Shown here: positions 37,967 to 46,306 of the stretch, piece by piece
How positions within the stretch are numbered: position 1 is the stretch's first letter
Layout of the letters: the number at the start of each line of letters is the position of its first letter
Origin: Patescibacteria group bacterium
GTDB taxonomy: Bacteria; Patescibacteriota; Minisyncoccia; JAHIHE01
Direction: 5' to 3'
Length of the DNA: 62,313 nt
NCBI GenBank assembly: GCA_018896765.1
Contig: JAHILZ010000061.1
Coordinates: forward strand, 1-62,313
Made by a program: the position numbers and the translations under genes
Notes under the pieces: generated by a model
Seen by the model: only the letters and a program-made list of their open reading frames with translations
The model's database searches: none
What the model was told of the DNA's origin: nothing

Positions 37967-38047
37967 TTAAAAACCCTACAAACTACCAACTACAACCTAC
38001 CGACTATTAAAAACCCTACAAACTACCAACTACAACCTACCGACTAT
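37967..38047. repeat. Perfect 2 x 40-bp tandem repeat built from CTACNNN heptads
   Basis: TTAAAAACCCTACAAACTACCAACTACAACCTACCGACTA occurs twice with a 40-bp period. The top strand is almost free of G. It lies between divergent ftsK and pyrI. Confidence 0.9.
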
Positions 38048-38087
38048 CTTATTATTATACTACTTTTAAAGAAAAAATCAAAGAAAT

Positions 38088-38115
38088 TTGACAAATTTTA
38101 TCGTAGAGGTAGAAT
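38088..38115 (+). promoter_or_regulatory. Sigma-70-type promoter for pyrI
   Basis: TTGACA, 16-nt spacer, TAGAAT. GGAGG lies 5 nt before the ATG at 38147. Confidence 0.5.
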
Positions 38116-38146
38116 ACGGTTAGCACATTTTAATATGGAGGGATTT

Positions 38147-38650
38147 ATGCAAGCAGAAGAAACAACGGAAAAAAAGGAAGAAGGGAAAATATCAAAAATT
38201 GAAAACGGAACAGTAATTGATCATATTTCTTCGGGATACGCGCTAAAAGTTCTTGAAATTCTGGGCATCCTGTCCAGCACTAGCGCAAAGGTAAGTTTTG
38301 TAATGAATATTTCAAGCCTAAAAGCGAAAAATGGGAAAAAAGACATAGTGAAATTCGAAGGCAGAGAGCTTACAAAGCGTGAAACTGACAAAATTACGGT
38401 AGTTTCTCCCGGCGCCACGATAAACATAATTAGAAATTATGAAATAGCTAAAAAATATCACGTAGAACTGCCGAACAAAATAATTGATATCATCAAATGC
38501 CCCAATCCCAATTGCGCCACGAACAACTTAAAAGAAATGGGGAGTATTAAAACGATATTTAAAGTAATGGGCAAAGCGCCAATTATTTTTGAGTGTCATT
38601 ACTGCGGAGCCCAGATAGACAATGATATAATCAATCATGTAAAATGCTAA
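38147..38650 (+). CDS. pyrI: Aspartate carbamoyltransferase regulatory chain PyrI
   Basis: About 167 aa. I.NGTVIDHI, KD.VK.E...L, and zinc domain CPNPNC...C.YCG align with my recollection of E. coli PyrI. The track ORF's 76-codon N-terminal extension reads through the tandem repeat. Confidence 0.8.
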   Translation: MQAEETTEKKEEGKISKIENGTVIDHISSGYALKVLEILGILSSTSAKVSFVMNISSLKAKNGKKDIVKFEGRELTKRETDKITVVSPGATINIIRNYEIAKKYHVELPNKIIDIIKCPNPNCATNNLKEMGSIKTIFKVMGKAPIIFECHYCGAQIDNDIINHVKC

Positions 38651-38758
38651 CCCTTGCTTTTGGCGAGGGATTTTTTTATTCCAAATTAAAAATAAAAAAA
38701 ATGAACAAAGAAACTTCACGCAAGTAAAAGTTATGTCAAATAAAAGTTAGTTTTTAAA

Positions 38759-38800
38759 CCTATTGCGTTAATTCTGCCATGGCCTTGTTAACGCAATAGG
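38759..38800. repeat. Palindromic element copy 2 (13-bp perfect arms, degenerate centre)
   Basis: CCTATTGCGTTAA...TTAACGCAATAGG, with the same arms and CCATGG core as 26420-26459. It lies between convergent pyrI and the 38860 ORF. Confidence 0.7.
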
Positions 38801-38859
38801 TTTGAAATAATAAACTAAAAAGCGGCTAAGAAGTTTATCTTAAGCCGCTAAATTTTTTA

Positions 38860-39141
38860 TTATCCCGTAAATCCTTTTAAATTTATAAATTCACGGAATT
38901 CCGTTTTTCTCCTTTCGTAGTCTGCCTCATTTTTGAATTCTACTATTGTTCCCGGGCCAAAACTAAGTTTGCAAAAGTAAGTAGTGGTTTGAAATCCAAT
39001 AAAGTGCTTTTTCCCTCCTTTTTCCATGATTTCTCCTTTAAAAAATCGCCGCCTTTTTTTACCCCTGGTAAAAATAATGCATTCGATTTTTTCTCCGGCT
39101 TCAAAATCTTTTACTTGTTTTCTTATCATATTTTCCTCCAT
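38860..39141 (-). CDS. Hypothetical protein
   Basis: 93-aa ORF with no recognised family. Confidence 0.35.
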   Translation of the reverse strand: MEENMIRKQVKDFEAGEKIECIIFTRGKKRRRFFKGEIMEKGGKKHFIGFQTTTYFCKLSFGPGTIVEFKNEADYERRKTEFREFINLKGFTG

Positions 39142-39254
39142 TTATTTTAATTCTATTTTTTAAAGTACAAAAAAACCTTTTCTAAAAACAAAAAGCCCCT
39201 TATCGCTAAAGGGTTAGAAAAGGTTTATATTATAACACAAATCAAACTAACCCC

Positions 39255-39320
39255 TTAACAACAAGAGGCCGCCGCGGGCACTTTAAGATTAATTGTACTG
39301 ACGATTTCAGTTTTTGACAT
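39255..39320 (-). CDS. 21-codon mini-ORF ending in Cys-Cys (speculative)
   Basis: MSKTEIVSTINLKVPAAASCC-stop. Upstream are TTGACA (39366-71, minus strand) and a weak -10. Nested hairpins follow at 39173-39226. No Shine-Dalgarno sequence is visible. Confidence 0.3.
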   Translation of the reverse strand: MSKTEIVSTINLKVPAAASCC

Positions 39321-39412
39321 AAAATTTATTTACTGCATTAATAGATTAACATGGGATTTTAAAAGTGTCAATGACTTAGACATTCGCAAGCTATGATATG
39401 TATTAAAAAATA

Positions 39413-40063
39413 TTATTGCTTTAATTTATTCAAATTTTCAACAAGCAAATAAACCGTGGTTGAAGGATTCTTTTTTAAATACGATTTTTCACACTCATGC
39501 ATTTTTATCAAATACTTGGCATTTTTAATTGCCGTTTCTTCCAAATCTTTTATCAAAAAATGCATATTTTCTTTCTTTTTTTCATATTTTTCACTATATT
39601 TTTTTTGTAGAACATCACCTAACTTTTCTTTTATTAATTCTCTGCTAAGAGCCGAGGAAAGTAAATTGAAATGCAATAAAAACCACAGCTCAAAAGATTC
39701 ATTTGAATATGCGACACCTATGTTGCTGGCTTTTGCTTTGTTTATAGCGCTGTCAAAATCTTTATCAAAACTGTCTTTATCAAAAACGACCCAGCATTCA
39801 TCGCTATCCGCTGAGCCGTTTATTTCAATATTTTCTTTATCGATAAAATCTAAAGCATATTCTACAATGCTTAATGTATTATGTCCTGTGCCTTTAATCT
39901 CTATTTTAATATTTCTTCTTCTAATCTCTGCTTCAATTTCTAATTTTTTAGACTCAAAATAATTAACCTCTGTTTTTTCTCCCTCGGTAAAAATATAAAT
40001 TATTTTATATTCATTTCGCGTATTATACTTTCTATTAAATCGTGAATTTTGATTTCTATTCAT
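39413..40063 (-). CDS. RloB-like (Toprim-like) protein, partner of the upstream ATPase
   Basis: About 216 aa from the ATG at 40063. IIYIFTEGEKTEVNYF and CWVVFDKD...VAYSNESFELWFLLHF match RloB-family signatures. It starts 4 nt after the ATPase stop. Confidence 0.7.
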   Translation of the reverse strand: MNRNQNSRFNRKYNTRNEYKIIYIFTEGEKTEVNYFESKKLEIEAEIRRRNIKIEIKGTGHNTLSIVEYALDFIDKENIEINGSADSDECWVVFDKDSFDKDFDSAINKAKASNIGVAYSNESFELWFLLHFNLLSSALSRELIKEKLGDVLQKKYSEKYEKKKENMHFLIKDLEETAIKNAKYLIKMHECEKSYLKKNPSTTVYLLVENLNKLKQ

Positions 40064-40067
40064 ATTA

Positions 40068-41303
40068 TTATATAGATTCAATAAAAGGCAAAGCGCCAAA
40101 CCGTCCTTCAAGATATTTTTTAGAAAATTCCGTATCATTCCTTATGTCGTCGTTAATTTCAGACAAAGAAAACAAATTGCCTGAGCCATATTTATCTTTT
40201 TCTGTAAACCAAATTTGATCTTTAATAAAATCATTTTTATGTGAAATCAAACTAGTATCGTGAGTTGTGACTATCAGCTGAGCATTGTTAGGATTATTTT
40301 TTTCAAAAATATCAACAATAAATTTAGTTAAAAGCGGATGCAAACTATTATCAAATTCATCAATAAGCAAAACCTTACCATTTTCAATAGTATCAATTAT
40401 GGGACCAAGCGCATCAAAAAACTTTTGTGTTCCTACTGACTCATCACCCATATTAAACCTTTCAAGTCCTATTTTATTATTTTTTGAGTCAAATTTGCTA
40501 TGTGAAAAAAATACAATATCCATTGTTTCAAAACCATCTTTTTTATCAGGAAATACCGTTTGTTTTTCAATAGGTTTAGGAATTATTGTTTCTTTAACTT
40601 CTACGGTTTCAATAGAAAAATCAGCCTTTTGTAAAAAAGTTATTATTTTTTCTCTTGCCTCCATATTTTCTTTAACTAATTTTACAGTATATCCTCTATA
40701 AGCGCCATTTCCTCCCCCGCTAATAATATTGATATTTTCAAAACCATCCACTATCTTTATAGCAAGAGGATTATTCCATTGTGCGGCTGCTGATAAAAAT
40801 AATACTTCTTTCCTTGTTTTGGTTTTTATATCTTCACTTTCTGTAAAATCATTAAACACCTTAATAGAATGTTCGTTTCTGATTAAATATTGTTTTTCTT
40901 TTCCATTAGATAAAATTTCAAATAAATTTTCTGCTACTATTTTTTCTTTGAGAATTGAGAGACTGTATTTAAAAATTTGTTCATCAATGGAAAAAATAAC
41001 TTCAAAAAAAGAAGGTTGCCCGCTTTTATCTGACAATACAAATGGAATATATGGTAAGTCGGCATTTTCAGGGTTATTTGCTGAATAAATTATTCCGGTT
41101 TTTAAGATTATAAAAGCGCTTAACAACGTACTTTTGCCGGAAGCATTTGGTCCATATATTAAGGATGTTTTTAATAAATTTTCGCCATTACTATCAAAAG
41201 CATGTTCACCTTTTCTGGTAAGCATAGAAAAAGTCGCCTTATTTTTAAAGATTTTAAAATTTTCTACCGAAAACTCAATTAATGAAACTTTCATATTTTG
41301 CAT
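40068..41303 (-). CDS. AAA_21/ABC-type ATPase (AbiL/OLD-like defence ATPase)
   Basis: 411 aa. Walker A LIYGPNASGKSTLL, Walker B LLIDEFDNSLHP and TTHD. Confidence 0.75.
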   Translation of the reverse strand: MQNMKVSLIEFSVENFKIFKNKATFSMLTRKGEHAFDSNGENLLKTSLIYGPNASGKSTLLSAFIILKTGIIYSANNPENADLPYIPFVLSDKSGQPSFFEVIFSIDEQIFKYSLSILKEKIVAENLFEILSNGKEKQYLIRNEHSIKVFNDFTESEDIKTKTRKEVLFLSAAAQWNNPLAIKIVDGFENINIISGGGNGAYRGYTVKLVKENMEAREKIITFLQKADFSIETVEVKETIIPKPIEKQTVFPDKKDGFETMDIVFFSHSKFDSKNNKIGLERFNMGDESVGTQKFFDALGPIIDTIENGKVLLIDEFDNSLHPLLTKFIVDIFEKNNPNNAQLIVTTHDTSLISHKNDFIKDQIWFTEKDKYGSGNLFSLSEINDDIRNDTEFSKKYLEGRFGALPFIESI

Positions 41304-41413
41304 ATTATTTACTCAAACTATCTATATTATACATAAACTATAAAAAAAGTCAAGTATTTTGTAAAATCTCCGCACTTTTCTCTTTAGTCAAAAAATATTA
41401 TGCATTACATGAT

Positions 41414-41442
41414 CAAAAAAACCACCCCGCTATCTCGGGGCG
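41414..41442 (-). terminator. Intrinsic terminator downstream of rpoC
   Basis: On the minus strand CCCCG-AGATAG-CGGGG is followed by TGGTTTTTTT, about 25 nt after the rpoC stop. Confidence 0.65.
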
Positions 41443-41467
41443 ATTTTAATTTCCATGAAAATCTTTT

Positions 41468-44400
41468 TTATTTTCCGAATCCTGTTCCGGCCGGTATCAG
41501 CTTGCCGATAATGACATTTTCTTTCAGGCCTTTCAATTCGTCCGACTTGCCGAACAAGGCGGCGGAAATAAGCACGCGGGCGGTTTCTTGGAATGAAGCG
41601 GCAGCCAGAAAGCTTTCAGTGGAAAGCGATACTTTGGTAATGCCAAGCAGCAATTCTTCGCCTTTGGCCGGCTTCTTGCCTTCTTTTTTGGCTATGGCAT
41701 TTACTTTATTGTATTGAACCGCTTCCACTACGCTGCCTTCCGGCAATTCCGTATCTCCGGCATCGCTGATTATAATTCTCGAAAACATCTGCCTGACAAT
41801 CAATTCGATATGCTTGTCATTGATGCCTTCTCCTTGAGCGGTGTAAATTTCCTGCACTTCGCCGATAATGTATTCCGCCACCGCCATCTTATCAACCAAT
41901 TTAAAAAGTTCGTGGATATCAATGTGCCCTTCGGTCAATCTTTGTCCTTTTTTGACAGTCGCGCCTTTCTCGACAGAAATCGCGATATCGGAATCTACTT
42001 CGTATTCTTTTACTTCGGCCTCCGCTTTTCTTTTTTCATTAGTCACATTGACGCGGATAATTTTTTTATTGGTCAAAGCGATAACATCTATTACTTTCCC
42101 GTCCACCTCGGAAATCAAGGCTTTTCCTTTTGGAACGCGGGCCTCGAAAATTTCTTCCACGCGAGGCAAGCCCTGAGTAATATCCCGTCCGGCGACTCCT
42201 CCGCTATGGAAAGTTTTCATGGTCAGCTGAGTTCCGGGCTCGCCGATAGCTTGCGCGGTAACAATACCGATAGCTTCGCCTTTAACAATGGGCTTATTCC
42301 TGCCTAAATCATAGCCGTAGCATTTTTGGCAAATTCCCCGTTCGGCCTTGCAGTAAATAACCGTGCGAACTTTAACAGAATCGATTCCGGGAGTATTTTC
42401 AATCACCTTGGCAATATCTTTGGGAATAAATTCTCCCGACGGCGCTAAAACCTTCTTTGTTTTTGGATTAATAATATCTTCCGCGGCGACTCGGCCGTAA
42501 ATCCTCGCCGCGAAACCTCTGCCCAGTTCATATTGATCAATTCTTGGAATCGTAATAAATCGCTTGCTTCCGCAATCAATTTCGTTAATAACCATATCTT
42601 GCGCGACATCGACCAAGCGCCTGGTCAAATAACCGGCGGTGGCGGTTCTAAGAGCAATGTCGGTCATGCCTTTTCTGGCTCCGTGAGTGGAAATGAAATA
42701 TTCCAAAACATCAAAACCTTCCTTGAAACTATTTTTAATCGGCAGCTCGATCGTTTCTCCTGCCGGATTAACAACCAGCCCTTTCATTCCCATCATCTGC
42801 GCGACTACCGCCCAAGAACTTCTTGCTCCGGATTCAATCATCAAAAATACCGGACTATTTTGATCCAAAGTATTTAAAACAGCTTTAGTAACCTTATTCT
42901 TGGTATCGGTCCATGTTTCAATCACTTTGGTTCTCCGCTCTTCGCTGGTAAGGAGCCCCTCATTATATTGATGCTCGATAATTTCCGCCTGTTTTTTCGC
43001 TTCTTCTATCAAAGCGGCTTTTTCCGGCGGTATTTTCAAATCGCTCATCCCCCAGCTAAGCCCGGAGATCGTTACATATTCAAATCCCAATTTCTTAATC
43101 CTGTCGACCAAATCCACGGTTTCATCAGCGCCAGCTTTTTCCAGAGAATCAGCCACCAGCGCTTTCAAATTTTTCGCATCCATAACTTCATTCACAAACC
43201 GCAAAACTTTCGGCAACGCTTCATTAAAAATGATGCGCCCCACCGAAGTCTTGATATATTTGCCTTCATTAAGCTCTTCTTTTTTAATGACATTGATTTC
43301 AAAATCTTTGCGCAGTTTTATTTCCGCCTTAAGATCGATAATATTCAATTGATAACTCAAAATCGCTTCCTTGGCGTCATAGAAAATCTTGCCCTCGCCT
43401 TTGCCGCCGCGCACAATCTTGGTCATATAATAGCATCCTAAAATAATATCCTGATAAGGAATGACGATCGGATCTCCTGTTGCCGGCTTCAATAAATTCT
43501 TGCTTGAGAGCATTATCTCTCTGCCTTCTTTTTGCGCTTCTTCGCCCAGCGGCAAATGCACCGCCATCTGGTCTCCGTCGAAATCGGCATTGAAAGCCTT
43601 GCAAACCAAAGGATGGATTTGGATAGCTTTGCCTTCGATCAGCACCGGATAAAACGCCTGAATGCTCAAGCGATGAAGAGTCGGAGCGCGATTTAAAAGC
43701 ACTACTTTGCCATTGATAATATTTTCCAAAATATCCCAAACTTCCACGGTTTCCTGCTCAATCAATCGAGCGGCGCTCCTGACATTATAGGCATAATTCC
43801 CTTCAATTAATTTTCGCATAACGAACGGCTTGAACAATTCCAAAGCCATATTTTTCGGCAATCCGCATTGATTCAATTTCAATTCCGGCCCGACCACGAT
43901 CACGGAGCGTCCGGAATAATCCACGCGCTTGCCGAGCAAATTCTGCCTGAATCGGCCTTGCTTTCCTTTTAACATATCGGCCAAAGATCTTAATTGCCTT
44001 TTTTGCCCGGTAGAAGCGATAGTCACCTGTCCGCGCTTAATGCTATTGTCGATCAAAGCGTCAACCGCTTCCTGCAACATTCTTTTTTCGTTGCGGCAAA
44101 TAACTTCCGGGGCTTTTAATTCAATCAAATGCTTTAGGCGATTATTGCGATTGATAACTCTTCGGTATAGATCATTCAAGTCAGAAGTGGCAAAACGCCC
44201 GCCGTCCAGCTGAACCATCGGCCTGAGATCCGGCGGAATCACGGGCAAAACCGTGAAGCACATCCACTCGGGTTTTACTCCGGCCTTAATCATTCCTTGC
44301 GCCAATCTTAAGCGCTTGGTAATTTTTTTCCTTATAACATCATTCGTGACGCTTTTCAATTCTTGAGTCAAGGCATCTTTAAGTTTTTTTAAATCGGTGC

Positions 44401-45064
44401 GGACAAGCATTTCTCTCACCGTTTCCGCTCCTGTCCCGGCCTTAAATACGGAACCGAATTTCAGCGATAAATTCCGATATTCAATTTCAGAAATTACTTT
44501 CATCGGAACAATGCTTTTCATTTCCGCCTTTGCCAAATCTCTGGAAGCTTTTAGCTCGGCAATGCCATCCTTTGTTTTCTGCTCTTTGCTTCTTGTTTTA
44601 AATTCCCGATCTATTTCTTTGAAGGCCTCTTCCTTGTTTTTTTCATTTACTTCGGTAATGACATAAGCCGCGAAATAAATAATTTTTTCCAGATCCTGCA
44701 CGGAAATATCCAAAGTCAAGCCAATGCTGGAAGGCACGCCTCGGACAAACCAAATATGAGTAATAGGCACCGCCAGTTTGATATGGCCCATCCGTTCGCG
44801 CCTGACCGAGGAGCGGGTTACTTCCACTCCGCATTTGTCGCAAATGATTCCTTTGTACCTGATTCGCTTATATTTTCCGCAATAGCATTCCCAATCCTTG
44901 GTCGGGCCGAAAATACGCTCGGAAAAAAGCCCGTCCGGCTCCGGCCGCTGAGTCCGATAATTGATTGTTTCCGGCTTTACAACTTCGCCGCGCGACCAAG
45001 CTAAAATGTTTTCCGGGCTGGCTAAGGTTAATTTTACTGATTTGAAGGTTGATGTTTTGTACAT
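41468..45064 (-). CDS. rpoC: DNA-directed RNA polymerase subunit beta'
   Basis: 1198 aa. Zinc-binding CYCGKYKRIRYKGIICDKCGVEV, catalytic NADFDGD and full-length RpoC similarity. Confidence 0.97.
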   Translation of the reverse strand: MYKTSTFKSVKLTLASPENILAWSRGEVVKPETINYRTQRPEPDGLFSERIFGPTKDWECYCGKYKRIRYKGIICDKCGVEVTRSSVRRERMGHIKLAVPITHIWFVRGVPSSIGLTLDISVQDLEKIIYFAAYVITEVNEKNKEEAFKEIDREFKTRSKEQKTKDGIAELKASRDLAKAEMKSIVPMKVISEIEYRNLSLKFGSVFKAGTGAETVREMLVRTDLKKLKDALTQELKSVTNDVIRKKITKRLRLAQGMIKAGVKPEWMCFTVLPVIPPDLRPMVQLDGGRFATSDLNDLYRRVINRNNRLKHLIELKAPEVICRNEKRMLQEAVDALIDNSIKRGQVTIASTGQKRQLRSLADMLKGKQGRFRQNLLGKRVDYSGRSVIVVGPELKLNQCGLPKNMALELFKPFVMRKLIEGNYAYNVRSAARLIEQETVEVWDILENIINGKVVLLNRAPTLHRLSIQAFYPVLIEGKAIQIHPLVCKAFNADFDGDQMAVHLPLGEEAQKEGREIMLSSKNLLKPATGDPIVIPYQDIILGCYYMTKIVRGGKGEGKIFYDAKEAILSYQLNIIDLKAEIKLRKDFEINVIKKEELNEGKYIKTSVGRIIFNEALPKVLRFVNEVMDAKNLKALVADSLEKAGADETVDLVDRIKKLGFEYVTISGLSWGMSDLKIPPEKAALIEEAKKQAEIIEHQYNEGLLTSEERRTKVIETWTDTKNKVTKAVLNTLDQNSPVFLMIESGARSSWAVVAQMMGMKGLVVNPAGETIELPIKNSFKEGFDVLEYFISTHGARKGMTDIALRTATAGYLTRRLVDVAQDMVINEIDCGSKRFITIPRIDQYELGRGFAARIYGRVAAEDIINPKTKKVLAPSGEFIPKDIAKVIENTPGIDSVKVRTVIYCKAERGICQKCYGYDLGRNKPIVKGEAIGIVTAQAIGEPGTQLTMKTFHSGGVAGRDITQGLPRVEEIFEARVPKGKALISEVDGKVIDVIALTNKKIIRVNVTNEKRKAEAEVKEYEVDSDIAISVEKGATVKKGQRLTEGHIDIHELFKLVDKMAVAEYIIGEVQEIYTAQGEGINDKHIELIVRQMFSRIIISDAGDTELPEGSVVEAVQYNKVNAIAKKEGKKPAKGEELLLGITKVSLSTESFLAAASFQETARVLISAALFGKSDELKGLKENVIIGKLIPAGTGFGK

Positions 45065-45096
45065 ACTTTTTTATTTATTAGCGGCTAAAATTATAA

Positions 45097-45855
45097 TTAA
45101 TTGGTTTTTATTTTTAAATCATCAAAATTATATTCTTTTATAATTCCTGCATTAATTCCACCCGTTCCATAAATTTTTAAAATACCTTCTGAAACTGATA
45201 AGCTAGAATAATCTTTTCCAGTATCGGGCAAAGTAATAATTCTTTCATATGAATTTAAATTTGTAAAATATTTAAATTCTTTGTTTATATTTGATGGGTA
45301 GCTAATAAACAATCCTGAAATATCATATACTGATAAAAATTGTTCACTAAAGTTTCCCTTATAGCCAGATAAGGATATTAATTTATCATCTGGTAAAAAC
45401 ACGATATCAAAAATATTTGAGGTACCAAGGACATTAAGTTGAATATTCTCATTGTGTTCTAACGAATAGATTCTTAGTGCGGAGTCGAGTCCACCAGAAA
45501 TATCTTGAAAAACAACATATTTACCTGAAGGAGAAACTATGTTTAATAAAAATTGATAACATTTTGTTTCTGGAGAAAATTCAGAATATTCTGTGTTTAA
45601 AAAGATATCGCCTTTTGTTGTATTAATCTTTATTTTACAACCCTCAACAGTTGCCTCCGAAGAAATAATTTTATCGGTTGTTGGTTGTGATGTTAATTTC
45701 GGAGCTACCACCGTCACAGGTTTAACAACTCTCGGCGTTTCACGATATTTAATCACCGCTATTGTTGAAGCAATGACAACAACCGCCGCGATAATCGCCA
45801 TTCCGGCGAATGTCGAGATTTGAACTGCGCCTTTTTGAGAATTGATTTTTGACAT
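45097..45855 (-). CDS. Membrane-anchored extracellular protein (PD40/TolB-like repeats?), paralogous N-terminus
   Basis: 252 aa. The N-terminus MSKINSQKGAVQISTFAGMAIIAAVVVIASTIAVIKYRE is nearly identical to that of 46832..48187. The rest is beta-rich (SPSGKYVVF...). Confidence 0.4.
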   Translation of the reverse strand: MSKINSQKGAVQISTFAGMAIIAAVVVIASTIAVIKYRETPRVVKPVTVVAPKLTSQPTTDKIISSEATVEGCKIKINTTKGDIFLNTEYSEFSPETKCYQFLLNIVSPSGKYVVFQDISGGLDSALRIYSLEHNENIQLNVLGTSNIFDIVFLPDDKLISLSGYKGNFSEQFLSVYDISGLFISYPSNINKEFKYFTNLNSYERIITLPDTGKDYSSLSVSEGILKIYGTGGINAGIIKEYNFDDLKIKTN

Positions 45856-45900
45856 AATTTAAATTAGTTAATTAGTTTTTATTGAAATGGTTAAAATTTT

Positions 45901-46306
45901 CTGTCATTCCGATTTATCAGCAGATAAAGAGGAATCCCTTAAACCCTATTCATCGGTTAAAACTTTATATAAATCGCTCCAAGTCGGATTATCTATTTTA
46001 ATTAAATTTTGTTTCTTTTCTCTCCTCCATTTCTTGATTTCTTTTTCTCTGTTCATCGCCGAATAAACATCACTACATTGTTCATAATAAATTAATTTAT
46101 GGCAAGCGTATTTTTGAGTAAAACCTTTTATTTTTCCTTCTTTGTGTTCAGCTACCCTTCTCAATAAATCGTTAGTAAAACCGGTATAGAGTGTTCCGCT
46201 TAAACTCGCCATTATATAAACATAAAAACTATATTCTTTTTTCATGTTTTTTAATTAAACACCACGAAGGGATTTCTCGCCCCGAGTACGGGACTCGAAA
46301 TGACAG
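45901..46306 (-). mobile_element. Candidate GIY-YIG mini-element: nuclease gene bracketed by inverted GTCATT-hairpin units
   Basis: Left unit: CTGTCATTCCGATTTATCAGCAGATAAAGAGGAATCC (45901-45937). The right unit (46269-46306) reverse-complements to CTGTCATTTCGAGTCCCGTACTCGGGGCGAGAAATCCC. The right unit supplies the last about 19 codons of the neighbouring Bro-N ORF. Confidence 0.45.
45946..46245 (-). CDS. GIY-YIG nuclease family protein
   Basis: 99 aa. FYVYIMAS..GTLYTGFTNDLLRRVAEHK...REKEIKKWRREKK. Confidence 0.8.
   Translation of the reverse strand: MKKEYSFYVYIMASLSGTLYTGFTNDLLRRVAEHKEGKIKGFTQKYACHKLIYYEQCSDVYSAMNREKEIKKWRREKKQNLIKIDNPTWSDLYKVLTDE

Noticed and set aside
37919-38146. 76-codon N-terminal extension of the pyrI ORF (MNFLDKNIYRD…)
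   Set aside because: It reads straight through the 2 x 40-bp tandem repeat and the pyrI promoter. A GGAGG plus ATG at 38147 gives a PyrI of normal length.
41714-43652. Several 60-197-aa ORFs antisense to or overlapping rpoC (41714..42307, 42533..42877, 42968..43441, 43377..43739, 43461..43652)
   Set aside because: These are shadow ORFs within a conserved CDS, with no motifs and biased composition.
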